Source of the DNA: Spirochaetaceae bacterium
GTDB taxonomy: Bacteria > Spirochaetota > Spirochaetia > UBA9216
Reading direction: 5' to 3'
NCBI GenBank assembly: GCA_028527945.1
Contig: JAQQAK010000013.1
Location: 1 to 34,675, forward strand
DNA: 34,675 nucleotides
Part shown: positions 24,601 to 33,908 of the stretch, one piece after another
How positions within the stretch are numbered: position 1 is the first letter of the stretch
Layout of the letters: each line of letters begins with the position of its first letter
Notes under the pieces: generated by a model
Told to the model about the DNA's origin: nothing
Databases searched by the model: none
The model's input: the letters and a program-made list of their open reading frames with translations, nothing else
Made by a program: the position numbers and the translations under genes

Positions 24601-27278
24601 AAGATGGTACGGTTCTTTCCGAGACTCCATTTTCTATTATAGGAGACAGTAATATAGAGCGCAGTCTTGACAGAAATGCTGAGCTTGAGCTCAAACTTGA
24701 TAAAACTGATTACAAGCCTGGCGAGAGTGCCGAGGTTTTTATAAAAGGTCCTTACTCCGGTGGAGGTCTTATATGTGTTGAACGCGACAAGGTATACAAT
24801 TATAAATGGTTCAGCCTCAACGGAACTTCTACAACACAGTATATTGAAATACCTGAGGAGCTTGAGGGTAACGGTTACATAAGTGTTACCCTTTTGCGTG
24901 GAAGAGCCTCTCAGGAGATTTATATGAGTCCGCTTAGTTATGGAACTATTCCATTTTCGGTAAGCAAGGACAGGCGGACAAACAAAATTACTCTTGATGT
25001 TCCAATGGAAGCAAGGCCGGGAGAGGTTTTTCATATTGGATATAAAACATCTTCTCCGGGGCGTATTGCGGTTTTTGCCGTTGATGAAGGAATACTTCAG
25101 GTCGCGGGCTATAGCACTCCAGATCCAATTTCATTTTTCTTTAAAAAACGTGCTCTTGAGGTTTCTACATCACAGATTCTTGATTTGGTTCTACCTGAAT
25201 TCGATGTTGTTCAGAAGGTTTCTGCTATGGGTGGTGGAATGGCTGGTAAAATGCTTGCCTCTAAGCTTAACCCCTTTAAGCGCAAGACTGATGTGCCTGT
25301 TGCCTACTGGTCAGGTATAGTCGATTCCGGGCCAGAGCAGAAAGAGCTTGAATACATGATTCCTGATTATTTTAATGGTAGTCTGAGGGTTATGGCTGTG
25401 GTTGTTTCTGATGACAGGCTTGGCGCTGCTGAAAAAACATCACTTGTAAGGGCTCCGTGGGTAATTCAGCCGAATGTTCCTACTCAGGCTGCTCCTGGAG
25501 ATGAGTTTGATATTTCAGTTACTGTAACCAATATGAATAAGGGTAGTGGACCTGATTCAAAGGCTGTGTTGACAGTACTTCCTGATGATCATCTTGATGT
25601 TGTCGGCTCAAAGACATTTCATATTTCAATGGCAGAAGGTAAGGACAGCGTTGTGAAAATGCGGCTTAAAGCATTGAAAGAACCCGGGGCTGCTGAGCTG
25701 ACATTTGCTGTGCGCGGTCTTGGTGAAACTTCCAAAAGGACAATCAGCCTGAGTGTAAGGCCGCCTGTTCCGTATCATACTGATCTAAAAGTTGGTGTTG
25801 TTGAAAAGGGAAAGGCCGAGATTAATACTGATCGTGATATGTACAAGGCCTTTGCCGAGAGAACATTGTCGGCATCATATATTCCTATAAGTCTGGCTGA
25901 TGGCCTTAATATGTATCTTGAAAAATTCCCCTATGGATGTACTGAACAGATAACCAGTATGACCTTTCCAAAGCTGTATCCTCAGATTATTGAGGGGCTT
26001 GATATGAAGGATTTTGAGGTTAAAAGGGATGTTACACGGACAATAGGAATTTTACAGGCCAGGCAGAACAGTGACGGAGGCTTTGGTTTATGGACATCTC
26101 AATCAAGGACACATCCTGTCATTGATAGTTATGTAATACATTTTCTGACACTTGCAAGAGAGCAGGGGTATTATGTGCCTGATTCAGTATTTAAGGCAGG
26201 GCTTAAGCATCTTGAGGATATAGCATCTGAAAATGAAACATCAAAGAATGCTCTGATAAACAGGTGTTATGCTGTTTATATTCTTACTTTAAATCAGATT
26301 GTAACAACCAGCCATATAGAAACACTTACAAAGAGCCTTGATTCTCATTTTGAAAACTGGGAATCAGGATTTGCAGGAATGTTTTTGTCCGGCTCTTATG
26401 CCCTCATGAAGCAGGATCGTAAGGCCAGCGCTTTGATAGCCAAGGCTGCTAAAAGTATAAAGAAAGAAAATTACATGGAATATTATAATCGTTTATGTTT
26501 TCCGTCGGTTTACCTTTATATGCTTGGCGAATATTTTCCGGACAGAATAAAGTCTGTGTCAGATGAACTTCTTTCTGAAATGGCCAATCTTATTGGTATG
26601 GGAGCCTATAATACCTTTTCTGCCAATTATGCTATGCTTGGAATTAATTCTTATCTGAAGGCTGTTCCCCAGTCAGTAAAGAAGGGAATAAATGTAACAG
26701 AGATAGATAAGGAAAAGAATGGAACTGAGTTAAAACTGAATGGAGAGCGGTTGATGAAAACTGATTATTCAGCAGCGGCCAGTGTTCTTCAGATTGAAAA
26801 CCATGATTCAGTTCCGCTTTTTTATCAGGTCTGTTCTTCCGGATACGATAGTCAAATTCCTGAAGAAAGTAATAACGGTATTGAGGTCATCAAAGAATAT
26901 GTAACTGATGGTGGTGAGGTTGTTGATACTATACCTGTAGGCGATACAATCAATGTAAGAATCCGCTGCAGGGCATTGACTGATTCAATAATCAGAAATA
27001 TTGCTATTGTAGATCTTTTGCCTGCAGGACTTGAGCCAGATATAAGAGCTATAAGGGAGTCTGCCAAGACTTCAGAACTTAGAGCTGAATACACAGACAT
27101 ACGTGAAGACAGGTTGGTTCTTTTTACCTCTGTTGATAAAGATATCAAAGAATTTACTTATAAGGCAAGGGCGGTTAATACCGGAACCTTTATTACTCCT
27201 CCGGCCTACGCGGAGTCGATGTATGATCTTGGTATATGGTCTATTAACCCTTGCAGGAATATTACCATAACTGAATAA
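21636..27278 (+). CDS. yfhM: Bacterial alpha-2-macroglobulin (YfhM type)
   Basis: 1880 aa; LVTDLGL, FSDRGIYRPG, VEEFLPD, AVDEGILQ, thioester motif FPYGCTEQ (CTEQ at 25938-25949), Q..DGGFGLW, IVDLLPAG, D.REDR, G.F..PPA.AE.MY; followed by pbpC. Confidence 0.96.
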   Translation: MNDKINLSKITEWIKKHKLLFLGIAIAVVVFIGIFAIGGRQAAKPQPIEISFSVDEPFDTDYSENHIYPLTVYFRGSAAIIDDVGKTPSVLPEINPAIPGEWRWEDESTLSFSPSEPWGIGEDYSVKFSDDLFPEHVKVLKKTFDFSMSPFQISLSNSEFYIDPYDSSIKRILSEIHCNYPISKEELNEHITIHPDIKASSGKVENRDYSFETNISEDGKTVYIVSESVGMPAEEINMQITVKPGLVSAYGGKSIKDLKSASVTIPGLSTYVRINDIEHNMIKNDQMRYEQILTIDSKGRADIDEVADNLEIWLLPVDRPALPGLKARKDYSWGAPEEVVPEVLKLGKKLDFTAIPVSGRYNSVNSFKIDGPPDRYIYVKLKEGIKFYGGYYLGRDYKQIIQLKDYPREVSILSEGSVLSLSGSRKLSMLSRGIPEVDYRISRVRPDDLNHLVSQSNGNLSNFRFSNYRFDDENISEIYRESRQISNSTDPQELTYFSFDFNKYLNDVPKDHLSKGLFIFSVKGAHPYTWYSDKRFILVTDLGLLVKTSDNGSKDVFVQSLKDGSPVSSAVVELWGKNGNVIKSSSTGNGGHVSFSGLEKFENEHEPVAWVVRYEGDFSFMPYKEQDRRLDFSNFDIGGVHGVQDPKKLSAYLFSDRGIYRPGDRFNIGIIVKAGDWGIDLGGTPLEYTITDPSGLNINTRSIKLSSSGFEEINYTTQASSPTGKYTISLFVIEDSKRQKRTFLGSTQVKVEEFLPDTLTVNAGFAGASTDGWIYPDDVTAEISARNLFGTPAAGNKVKMSMTLSPGYRNYRQYPDYDFSDPLIADDSYSEDLGSLRTDANGMVSRKINLDKFAVGTYRLRINSEVFEKESGRSVNASASVVVSPLKFVVGRKVDGSAKYIKKGAERNISFIAINNNLEKIDAKNLKLRISEMKYVSSLVRQPNGVYKYKSIEKESPISEADFTISVGSTEMALPTSTPGDYTISVVAEDGTVLSETPFSIIGDSNIERSLDRNAELELKLDKTDYKPGESAEVFIKGPYSGGGLICVERDKVYNYKWFSLNGTSTTQYIEIPEELEGNGYISVTLLRGRASQEIYMSPLSYGTIPFSVSKDRRTNKITLDVPMEARPGEVFHIGYKTSSPGRIAVFAVDEGILQVAGYSTPDPISFFFKKRALEVSTSQILDLVLPEFDVVQKVSAMGGGMAGKMLASKLNPFKRKTDVPVAYWSGIVDSGPEQKELEYMIPDYFNGSLRVMAVVVSDDRLGAAEKTSLVRAPWVIQPNVPTQAAPGDEFDISVTVTNMNKGSGPDSKAVLTVLPDDHLDVVGSKTFHISMAEGKDSVVKMRLKALKEPGAAELTFAVRGLGETSKRTISLSVRPPVPYHTDLKVGVVEKGKAEINTDRDMYKAFAERTLSASYIPISLADGLNMYLEKFPYGCTEQITSMTFPKLYPQIIEGLDMKDFEVKRDVTRTIGILQARQNSDGGFGLWTSQSRTHPVIDSYVIHFLTLAREQGYYVPDSVFKAGLKHLEDIASENETSKNALINRCYAVYILTLNQIVTTSHIETLTKSLDSHFENWESGFAGMFLSGSYALMKQDRKASALIAKAAKSIKKENYMEYYNRLCFPSVYLYMLGEYFPDRIKSVSDELLSEMANLIGMGAYNTFSANYAMLGINSYLKAVPQSVKKGINVTEIDKEKNGTELKLNGERLMKTDYSAAASVLQIENHDSVPLFYQVCSSGYDSQIPEESNNGIEVIKEYVTDGGEVVDTIPVGDTINVRIRCRALTDSIIRNIAIVDLLPAGLEPDIRAIRESAKTSELRAEYTDIREDRLVLFTSVDKDIKEFTYKARAVNTGTFITPPAYAESMYDLGIWSINPCRNITITE

Positions 27279-27279
27279 A

Positions 27280-29634
27280 GTGAATATCAGATTAACCAAA
27301 GGGAATGCCATCAAGGGAGTTATACTCTTTTTTGGTGTTCCCTTTTTAATATTTATTTGTTTGTCTCTTTTTCCCTGTAAGACTTGTCTTGACGGTGTCT
27401 CTTTTTCCAAGGCTGTTTTTGACAGAAACGGAAATCTTATGAGGATTTTCTTGTCGGACGATGAGAAGTACAGGATTAAAAAGCCTCTTTCTGATTTTTC
27501 TCCTGATTTTATTCAGATGATACTGATTAAAGAAGATCGCTATTTTTATAGCCATATAGGTTTTAATCCATCGGCCTTAATCAAGGCTGCCTGGAATAGT
27601 TATATTGTTCGTAATTACCGTATGGGAGCCTCAACTGTAAGTATGCAGCTTGTCAGGATTAAATATGGAATAAATACATCTACCATCCCCGGAAAAATAA
27701 AACAGATTAATATGGCTGTAGCAATAGAATTGCGTCATTCAAAACAGGAGATTCTTGAAGCCTACATGAATCTTGTTCCCTGCGGCTATAATATTGAAGG
27801 CTTTCCGGCTGCAGCCTATTATTATTTTCATAAAGACCTTAATGAGTTAAGCCTGTCCGAGATGCTTTTTCTTGCTGTTCTTCCTCAGGATCCTAATGGA
27901 AGGGCGCCATCCAGAACTGAGGTTCCGGCAGAGAGTCTTGCTGCGAGGGAATTGCTTTTTAATGATTGGCTGCATTTTCATCCGGAAGATTCTGAAAGCA
28001 GGGTCAATATTGATATGCCTATACGCTTTTTCTGTAGTTTTCCATTTAAAATTCCGCATGCCGCGGAATATTTAAAAAATAGGACATCTCTTGATGTTAT
28101 AAAAACTACCTTGGACGATCATTACCAAAGGCTTGTAGAGAATCAGGCCGCGCTTTACCTTAGAACAAAGAACAGCCTTGGTGTAAATAACTGTAGTATC
28201 ATGCTGCTTGATTTTACAACTATGGAAGTTTTGGCCGCAATGGGCTCTGCTGATTTCTTTGATGATAAAATAGAAGGTCAGGTTAATGGTTTTGCCGCCA
28301 AAAGGTCGCCTGGCTCACTGCTTAAGCCGTTTATTTACGCTAAAGCTATAGAGCAGGGCCTGATTCATCCCAATTCAGTCCTTAGTGACGCTCCCACTAG
28401 TTTTGGAGTTTATACGCCAGATAATTATCAAAGTGATTTCAAGGGGCCGGTCAAGGCGTGGGAAGCCCTTGTTCACAGCAGAAATATTCCGGCTATCAGG
28501 CTTGCCTCTCAGATAAAGAATCCTGATTTATATGATATTCTTAAAAAGGCCGGTATTGATGGATTAAAGAGTCGTAAACATTACGGCCTTTCAATTGTTC
28601 TAGGAAGCGCCGAGGTTACAATGATTGAGCTTATGTCGCTGTATGCCTCACTTGCCAATGAAGGTGTACAGCATCCTGTAAGGTTTATTCTTGAAGATGG
28701 AGGAACTCCTGTTTCGTTAAAGAAAGATGAGGACTCAAGGCTCTTTTCTGTTGAATCAAGTATTCTGACACTAAGAATGCTTGATAAAAATCCTTCTCCA
28801 ATTGAGTCCCGGCCGATGAATGTTCTGGATGTTCCAATAGCGTATAAAACCGGAACCTCAATAGGATTTAAGGACTGCTGGTCGGCTGCTGTTTTTGATC
28901 GATTTGTATTATGTGTATGGATTGGTAACTTTAATGGTGAGGGTAATCCTGCTTTCTTGGGCAGAGAGACTGCCGCTCCATTATTATTTAATATTGCTGA
29001 TTCTATTATTTCTGAAATCCCTTCAGATGAACGCTACAAAGCTCCCATGCCTCCTGATACAATCAAGCAGGTTGATGTTTGCAGTGTCTCTGGTTGTATT
29101 CCAAACAGTTATTGCACGCATACCATCAAAACAGACTTTATACCTGGCGTATCACCTATAACCAAGTGTAAGATTCACAGACAAATATTTGTAGATACAA
29201 AAACAGGTTTAAGAACTGAACGCAAGGGAGACTCTGGAGTTGTTTCTCAGGTCAGGGAGTTCTGGTCAAGTGATATGCTTGAGCAGTTTAAAAAAGCCGG
29301 GCTTCCACGCCTTGTTCCGCCTCCATTTGAAATAGACGAAGACAGCCTTAAACTAAAGAACTCCGGATCTCCTCCCCGAATAACCAATCCTCTTGCGGGA
29401 GGGGCATATATTATAAGACACGTTAATACCAGAAATAATGTAATTCCTCTACTGGCCGTTTCTGATGCTGATACAAGTTATCTATACTGGTTTGCTAATG
29501 ATCTCTTTATTGGTAAATCGCCCAAGGGGGATAGCCTTGAGTGGTATCCTTCAAGCGGCCATTACACCGTAACAGTGGTTGACGACGCTGGACGTTCCAA
29601 CAGTTGCGAAATTGATGTAGAAGAAGCAGAATAA
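27280..29634 (+). CDS. pbpC: Penicillin-binding protein 1C
   Basis: Transglycosylase EDRYFYSH.G, GASTVSMQ; transpeptidase GSLLKPF (SxxK), SRN, KTGTS; C-terminal BiPBP domain; coupled to alpha-2-macroglobulin. Confidence 0.96.
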   Translation: MNIRLTKGNAIKGVILFFGVPFLIFICLSLFPCKTCLDGVSFSKAVFDRNGNLMRIFLSDDEKYRIKKPLSDFSPDFIQMILIKEDRYFYSHIGFNPSALIKAAWNSYIVRNYRMGASTVSMQLVRIKYGINTSTIPGKIKQINMAVAIELRHSKQEILEAYMNLVPCGYNIEGFPAAAYYYFHKDLNELSLSEMLFLAVLPQDPNGRAPSRTEVPAESLAARELLFNDWLHFHPEDSESRVNIDMPIRFFCSFPFKIPHAAEYLKNRTSLDVIKTTLDDHYQRLVENQAALYLRTKNSLGVNNCSIMLLDFTTMEVLAAMGSADFFDDKIEGQVNGFAAKRSPGSLLKPFIYAKAIEQGLIHPNSVLSDAPTSFGVYTPDNYQSDFKGPVKAWEALVHSRNIPAIRLASQIKNPDLYDILKKAGIDGLKSRKHYGLSIVLGSAEVTMIELMSLYASLANEGVQHPVRFILEDGGTPVSLKKDEDSRLFSVESSILTLRMLDKNPSPIESRPMNVLDVPIAYKTGTSIGFKDCWSAAVFDRFVLCVWIGNFNGEGNPAFLGRETAAPLLFNIADSIISEIPSDERYKAPMPPDTIKQVDVCSVSGCIPNSYCTHTIKTDFIPGVSPITKCKIHRQIFVDTKTGLRTERKGDSGVVSQVREFWSSDMLEQFKKAGLPRLVPPPFEIDEDSLKLKNSGSPPRITNPLAGGAYIIRHVNTRNNVIPLLAVSDADTSYLYWFANDLFIGKSPKGDSLEWYPSSGHYTVTVVDDAGRSNSCEIDVEEAE

Positions 29635-29653
29635 GAGTTCTGCTTCTTTTTTT
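29621..29653 (+). terminator. Intrinsic terminator overlapping the pbpC stop
   Basis: AAGAAGCAGAA-TAAGAG-TTCTGCTTCTT, then TTTTT. Confidence 0.75.
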
Positions 29654-29891
29654 ATAATCAACAGAATCCAATTTATATTTACGCCATTATCAAAACATGG
29701 TTAGTTTTGAAAGCTTCTCATTTAGAATGATTTTCTTTATGTTCTTCTTTTTTTATGGGATTTCTTGTCTTTTAGGATAATAGAGGTTATTCTGTGTGTT
29801 AAAATATAGTTAAAAAATATACCAAAATACACAAATATATTGTTTAAAAACGTAATTTAGGTAAAAATAATCTATAAGGATTAACTTTTAA

Positions 29892-30749
29892 ATGGACAAA
29901 GACTGGATTGAAAGAATTGAACAACATTCAGATTCTCTTAGCAAGACTGAATCGGTTTTGCTTGGATTTGTAAATAGAAATCCTGAACAGGCTTCTGTTC
30001 TTTCTCAAAAAGAGTTTGCCTCTCTTGCCGGAGTAAGTAAGCCTGTAGTAATTAATTTGTTCAGAAAACTCGGATATTCTTCATTTCGTGATTTTCAGGA
30101 TGGAATTAAACAGTTTTTTTCTACTCATATAGATTCTTATAGCGCTTCAAGAAAAATGCAGAATCGGGTTAATTCTATCAGCGACCTTATTTCTGAAGCA
30201 GTGAAGGTTGATGTCAGAAGTCTTGAACGGCTTAACGAGACTGTTCCCCCTGAGGTTCTTGAAGGTTTTGCGGCTCAGGCAGTTTCTTCCAAACGTGTCT
30301 GGGTTGTAGGTGAAGGTACAGGAAGTTATCCGGCACACTATCTTGCTCAAAGATTAAGGCGTTACCGTATAACAGGAATTGAGCTTCAACAGGATAGAAG
30401 CCATCAGATGGATGAGCTTTTTCCTATGGATGCTGAAGACATGATTATTTTATTTCAGTATAGCGACAAAGATAGTTGGATGTGGCCTATCTTGGAGCTT
30501 TCCCAAAAACGTGGAGCGTTTAGTTTTGTAATTGCGGGGACAATCAGACCCAGGTATGTCGCAGACAGTAATCTTTTTGTTCATGTTCCCAGAGGTGAAT
30601 TACAGTTTAAGAATTCAATGGCTGTGCCTATGTCATTTGCCAATATGCTGCTTTTATCAATAGAGATTAGCCGAGGGGCTCTCGCGGAAGAGGACCTTCG
30701 GATATTAGAGGATTCCCGTGAGGCTTGGGAAAACAAGCGGAGGGGATAA
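29892..30749 (+). CDS. MurR/RpiR family transcriptional regulator
   Basis: LSKTE.......NP......S..E.A..AGVSKP.V...FRKLGY.SF.DF HTH; C-terminal SIS domain (RVWVVGEG..SY.A). Confidence 0.92.
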   Translation: MDKDWIERIEQHSDSLSKTESVLLGFVNRNPEQASVLSQKEFASLAGVSKPVVINLFRKLGYSSFRDFQDGIKQFFSTHIDSYSASRKMQNRVNSISDLISEAVKVDVRSLERLNETVPPEVLEGFAAQAVSSKRVWVVGEGTGSYPAHYLAQRLRRYRITGIELQQDRSHQMDELFPMDAEDMIILFQYSDKDSWMWPILELSQKRGAFSFVIAGTIRPRYVADSNLFVHVPRGELQFKNSMAVPMSFANMLLLSIEISRGALAEEDLRILEDSREAWENKRRG

Positions 30750-30773
30750 TAAAAAAATAATAAGGAGTAGGGA

Positions 30774-32087
30774 ATGATCAAAAAAATTGGTCTAACTGTT
30801 TTAATGACTGCCGTTCTTGTCGCTGGAGTTTTTGCTTCAGGTCAACAGGAAAAGAAAGCTGCAGAAGACTCTCAGGAAGAAGTTGTATTAAAGGTTGCTT
30901 ATCCTGTAGCTGTTGACGCGCCGGTTGCTGATATTCTTAACGGATACGCAACAGAGTTTAAAAAGACACATCCAAACGTAACAATTGAGCCTGTATATGC
31001 AGGTGGTTATACAGATGTAAAAACAATGATTCAAACATCAATTGACGGCGGTGGAGACGCTCCTGAACTTGCGGTAATGCTTGCAACAGATGTATATGAT
31101 CTTGCTAATGCTCAGTACATTGAACCACTAAGCGATTTACTTGCCAATATGGAAGGTTCTGATGCTTATCTTGATGATTTTCTACCTGTTTTTCTTGAAA
31201 ACTCATACTATCAGGATAAACTCTGGAGTCTCCCTTTTCAGAGAAGTGCTGTTGTAGCTTATTATAACGCGGATCTTTTTAAAGCCGCTGGTTTATCTGA
31301 GCCTAAAAATCTTCAGGAACTTGCTGATGCCGCACAGGCTCTAACAGTAAGAGAGGGTGACAGTGTAACCAGATGGGGAATTGAGTGGCCTACAGGTTGG
31401 CCTTATTGGGTTTTTCAGCCTCTCGCAATGGCCTTTGGTAAAAATATTGTAGGCGCGGATGATACAACAGTTTATTTTAACGAGCCGGAAGTAATTGACG
31501 CAATAAATTACTACAATGATCTTTCCGCAAAGTATCAGGCTACTCCTGCAGGAGTTCAGGGAACATGGGGTAATGTTGTTCCAAACTTTCTTTCCGGAAA
31601 TACAGCAATTATCGTTCAAACATCAGGAAGTCTTTCAAAGATTCTTTCAAACGCTGATTTTGAGGTTGGCGTAATGGGTATTCCAGGCAAAACTTCAGGC
31701 TCATACAGTGTGCCAGGCGGTGGAAATATTTATATGACATCAGGTCTTAGCGATGCTGAGAAGAGAGCTGCTCTTGACTTTGCTGTCTTTATGACAAGTC
31801 CGGAGAATGCCGCACAATTCTCAATTGCTACAGGTTATATAGCCACAAGTAAGAGTGCTTTCAGTTCTGACGCTATGAAGGCATATTCAGCTGAGCATCC
31901 TCAGGTAGCAAAAATCAAAGATATTCTTGCGGATGCTGGAAAAGAGCTTGCAATACAGAATCTTGGTCAGGTTAGATCTATTTTTCATAACTATATTCAG
32001 GCTGCTTTTAATGGTGAAATGACTGCTGCTGAGGCTATGGCCAAAGCTCAGGAAGAGGCCGACGCAGCTCTCGCTGACTTTAAATAA
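30774..32087 (+). CDS. CUT1 ABC transporter substrate-binding protein (UgpB-like)
   Basis: Signal peptide ...VFASGQQE; F...HPNV.I, SLPFQRS.V..YYN.DLFK.AGL, F.SG..A, PGGGN.Y, TGY. Confidence 0.9.
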   Translation: MIKKIGLTVLMTAVLVAGVFASGQQEKKAAEDSQEEVVLKVAYPVAVDAPVADILNGYATEFKKTHPNVTIEPVYAGGYTDVKTMIQTSIDGGGDAPELAVMLATDVYDLANAQYIEPLSDLLANMEGSDAYLDDFLPVFLENSYYQDKLWSLPFQRSAVVAYYNADLFKAAGLSEPKNLQELADAAQALTVREGDSVTRWGIEWPTGWPYWVFQPLAMAFGKNIVGADDTTVYFNEPEVIDAINYYNDLSAKYQATPAGVQGTWGNVVPNFLSGNTAIIVQTSGSLSKILSNADFEVGVMGIPGKTSGSYSVPGGGNIYMTSGLSDAEKRAALDFAVFMTSPENAAQFSIATGYIATSKSAFSSDAMKAYSAEHPQVAKIKDILADAGKELAIQNLGQVRSIFHNYIQAAFNGEMTAAEAMAKAQEEADAALADFK

Positions 32088-32109
32088 GAAAATCTCTTAG
32101 ATTGATTAT

Positions 32110-32142
32110 GCTCTGAAACAGTTGTAATTGCTGTTTCAGGGC
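32110..32142 (+). terminator. Intra-operonic stem-loop after the binding protein gene
   Basis: GCTCTGAAACAG-N9-CTGTTTCAGGGC; typical position for an mRNA-stabilising or partial-termination hairpin. Confidence 0.65.
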
Positions 32143-32170
32143 TTTAATTTTTATACTCAGGAGAGTTGAT

Positions 32171-33064
32171 TTGAATGATCTGACAAAAAAAAAGAAGGTG
32201 TCGGCTATTCCGTATCTGCTAATATTGCCTACGCTTTTTTTTGTAATTCTTTTTACGGTTTACCCTCTTATAGCAAGTTTTAAGGGTAGTTTTTTTATTC
32301 ACAGGCTTAATATTCCCAAATACAGAGAACCGGTTTTTTGTGGTTTAGAAAATTATAGCAAGCTTTTTCAAAGTGAAGAATTTAGACTGATTCTGCTGAA
32401 TACTGTAAAATACGTTGTTGTTCTTGTTCCTGTAACAGTTGTAGCTTCTCTTTTCTTTGCGCTTTGGTTAAGTAAGGAAAGATTTCGTAAGTTTCGTGTC
32501 GCAATATTCCATCCGGCTGTTCTTCCATTAGTATCAGCCGCAACTATATGGATGTTCTTTTTTACACCGGATTATGGCCTTTTTAATTCATTATTAGGTT
32601 TATTCGGGTATAAAGGTCCTGAGAACTGGACCGGTAATCCTAAAATGTCTCTTTGGGCTCTTGTCATAATTTCTTTCTGGAAAGACGCTGGGTTTTATAT
32701 GATTTATTATCTTGCCGGTGTTCAGAATTTACCCAAAGATGTTTATGAAGCTCTTAGAATAGAAGGGGCCGGTCCCATTGTCAGTTTTTTCAAATTTACA
32801 CTTCCTCTTTTAAAGCGTACAACTCTTTTTGTTACCACTGTAGCGGTAATTGGAGCTTTCAGAACTGTAGATCATGTAATTGTGCTTACACAAGGAGGGC
32901 CTAGTAATTCAAGTTCTTTGCTTCTCTATTATTTATGGCAGGTAAGGTTTGAGCACCTTAATGTAGGGCTTTCTTCAGCAATTACAATTATTCTTGTACT
33001 TCTTCTACTTATTTTCACAATTACTAATTTTTTGGTAAGCGAAAAAGGGGGAGATAATGTCTAA
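32171..33064 (+). CDS. Carbohydrate ABC transporter permease (UgpA/MalF-like)
   Basis: PYLLILP, GLENY, W...G..M..YLAG.Q.LP...YEA..IEGA (EAA loop), LTQGGP; TTG start with GGAG SD. Confidence 0.93.
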   Translation: MNDLTKKKKVSAIPYLLILPTLFFVILFTVYPLIASFKGSFFIHRLNIPKYREPVFCGLENYSKLFQSEEFRLILLNTVKYVVVLVPVTVVASLFFALWLSKERFRKFRVAIFHPAVLPLVSAATIWMFFFTPDYGLFNSLLGLFGYKGPENWTGNPKMSLWALVIISFWKDAGFYMIYYLAGVQNLPKDVYEALRIEGAGPIVSFFKFTLPLLKRTTLFVTTVAVIGAFRTVDHVIVLTQGGPSNSSSLLLYYLWQVRFEHLNVGLSSAITIILVLLLLIFTITNFLVSEKGGDNV

Positions 33065-33908
33065 TACTATGAACATCGGAATATCAAAAAGAAAAGTTTT
33101 TTCTATAATAACTATGCTCATTGCAATAGTTATTGCTTTAGCTTGGACAATACCTCTTTTTTGGTCAATCGTTGCAAGTTTACGACCTGTCGGAGAACCT
33201 TTTGCGCGGGGACATGTATGGTTTGGCAGCGGATTTAGTTTTTATAATTATAAGCATGCTTTCAGTCTTGCTCCTTTTGGACGATATTTTATAAATACAA
33301 TTTTACTTGTTATAACAGTTCTTGCTGTTCAGCTGGTTACAAGCAGTCTATCCGGTTTTGCTTTTGCGTTTTATAAATTCCCTGGAAAGACCATTCTCTT
33401 TATGATTGTGATGCTTCAAATGATGATTCCAACCGTAGCCCTTCTTGTTCCTAATTTCCAAACAATAAGAAGTCTTGGCCTCTACGATACTATTTTAGCA
33501 ATGGCCATGCCGTTTTGGGGTAGCGCTTTTGGAACCTTTTTATTTAGACAGACTTTTATGGGAATTCCCAGAGATTATGGCGATGCTGCCCGCGTTGACG
33601 GTTGTAACTGGTTTATGATTTTTAAGAATGTTTATTTACCAATGTCACGTTCAACTGTAATTGCGTTTTCAATTTCAAGTATTAGTTGGCACTGGAACAG
33701 TCTTTTATGGCCGTTAATAATAACTCAGTCAGATACAGCCAGACCTTTAACTGTTGGACTTGCGCGTTTTACTCAGTTAGGTGAAGTCGGGGCTCAATGG
33801 GGGCTGATGTCTGCCGCAACTCTGATAGTCGCAATGCCGCTTATAATATTATTTTTAATTTTTCAAAAACGCTTTTTGGAAGGTTATATGAATTCAGGGC
33901 TTAAATAA
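33057..33908 (+). CDS. Carbohydrate ABC transporter permease (UgpE/MalG-like)
   Basis: YF.NT, FLFRQ.F..IP....DAARVDG, WNS.LWPL, PL.VGL, FQK.F..G....GLK. Confidence 0.93.
   Translation: MSNTMNIGISKRKVFSIITMLIAIVIALAWTIPLFWSIVASLRPVGEPFARGHVWFGSGFSFYNYKHAFSLAPFGRYFINTILLVITVLAVQLVTSSLSGFAFAFYKFPGKTILFMIVMLQMMIPTVALLVPNFQTIRSLGLYDTILAMAMPFWGSAFGTFLFRQTFMGIPRDYGDAARVDGCNWFMIFKNVYLPMSRSTVIAFSISSISWHWNSLLWPLIITQSDTARPLTVGLARFTQLGEVGAQWGLMSAATLIVAMPLIILFLIFQKRFLEGYMNSGLK

Noticed and set aside
29635-29891. Riboswitch or sRNA upstream of rpiR
   Set aside because: AT-rich with no recognisable aptamer motif; only a weak TCAAAAC/GTTTTGA hairpin.
933-31619. Many short ORFs nested in or antisense to long genes (e.g. 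933-1277, 16010-16423, 24447-25034, 27072-27410)
   Set aside because: No motifs or start signals; explained as shadow frames of well-supported genes.
32185-32193. A9 tract near the 5' end of the permease as a phase-variation switch
   Set aside because: It is in frame, encodes a normal Lys-rich N-terminus, and is expected in AT-rich DNA.
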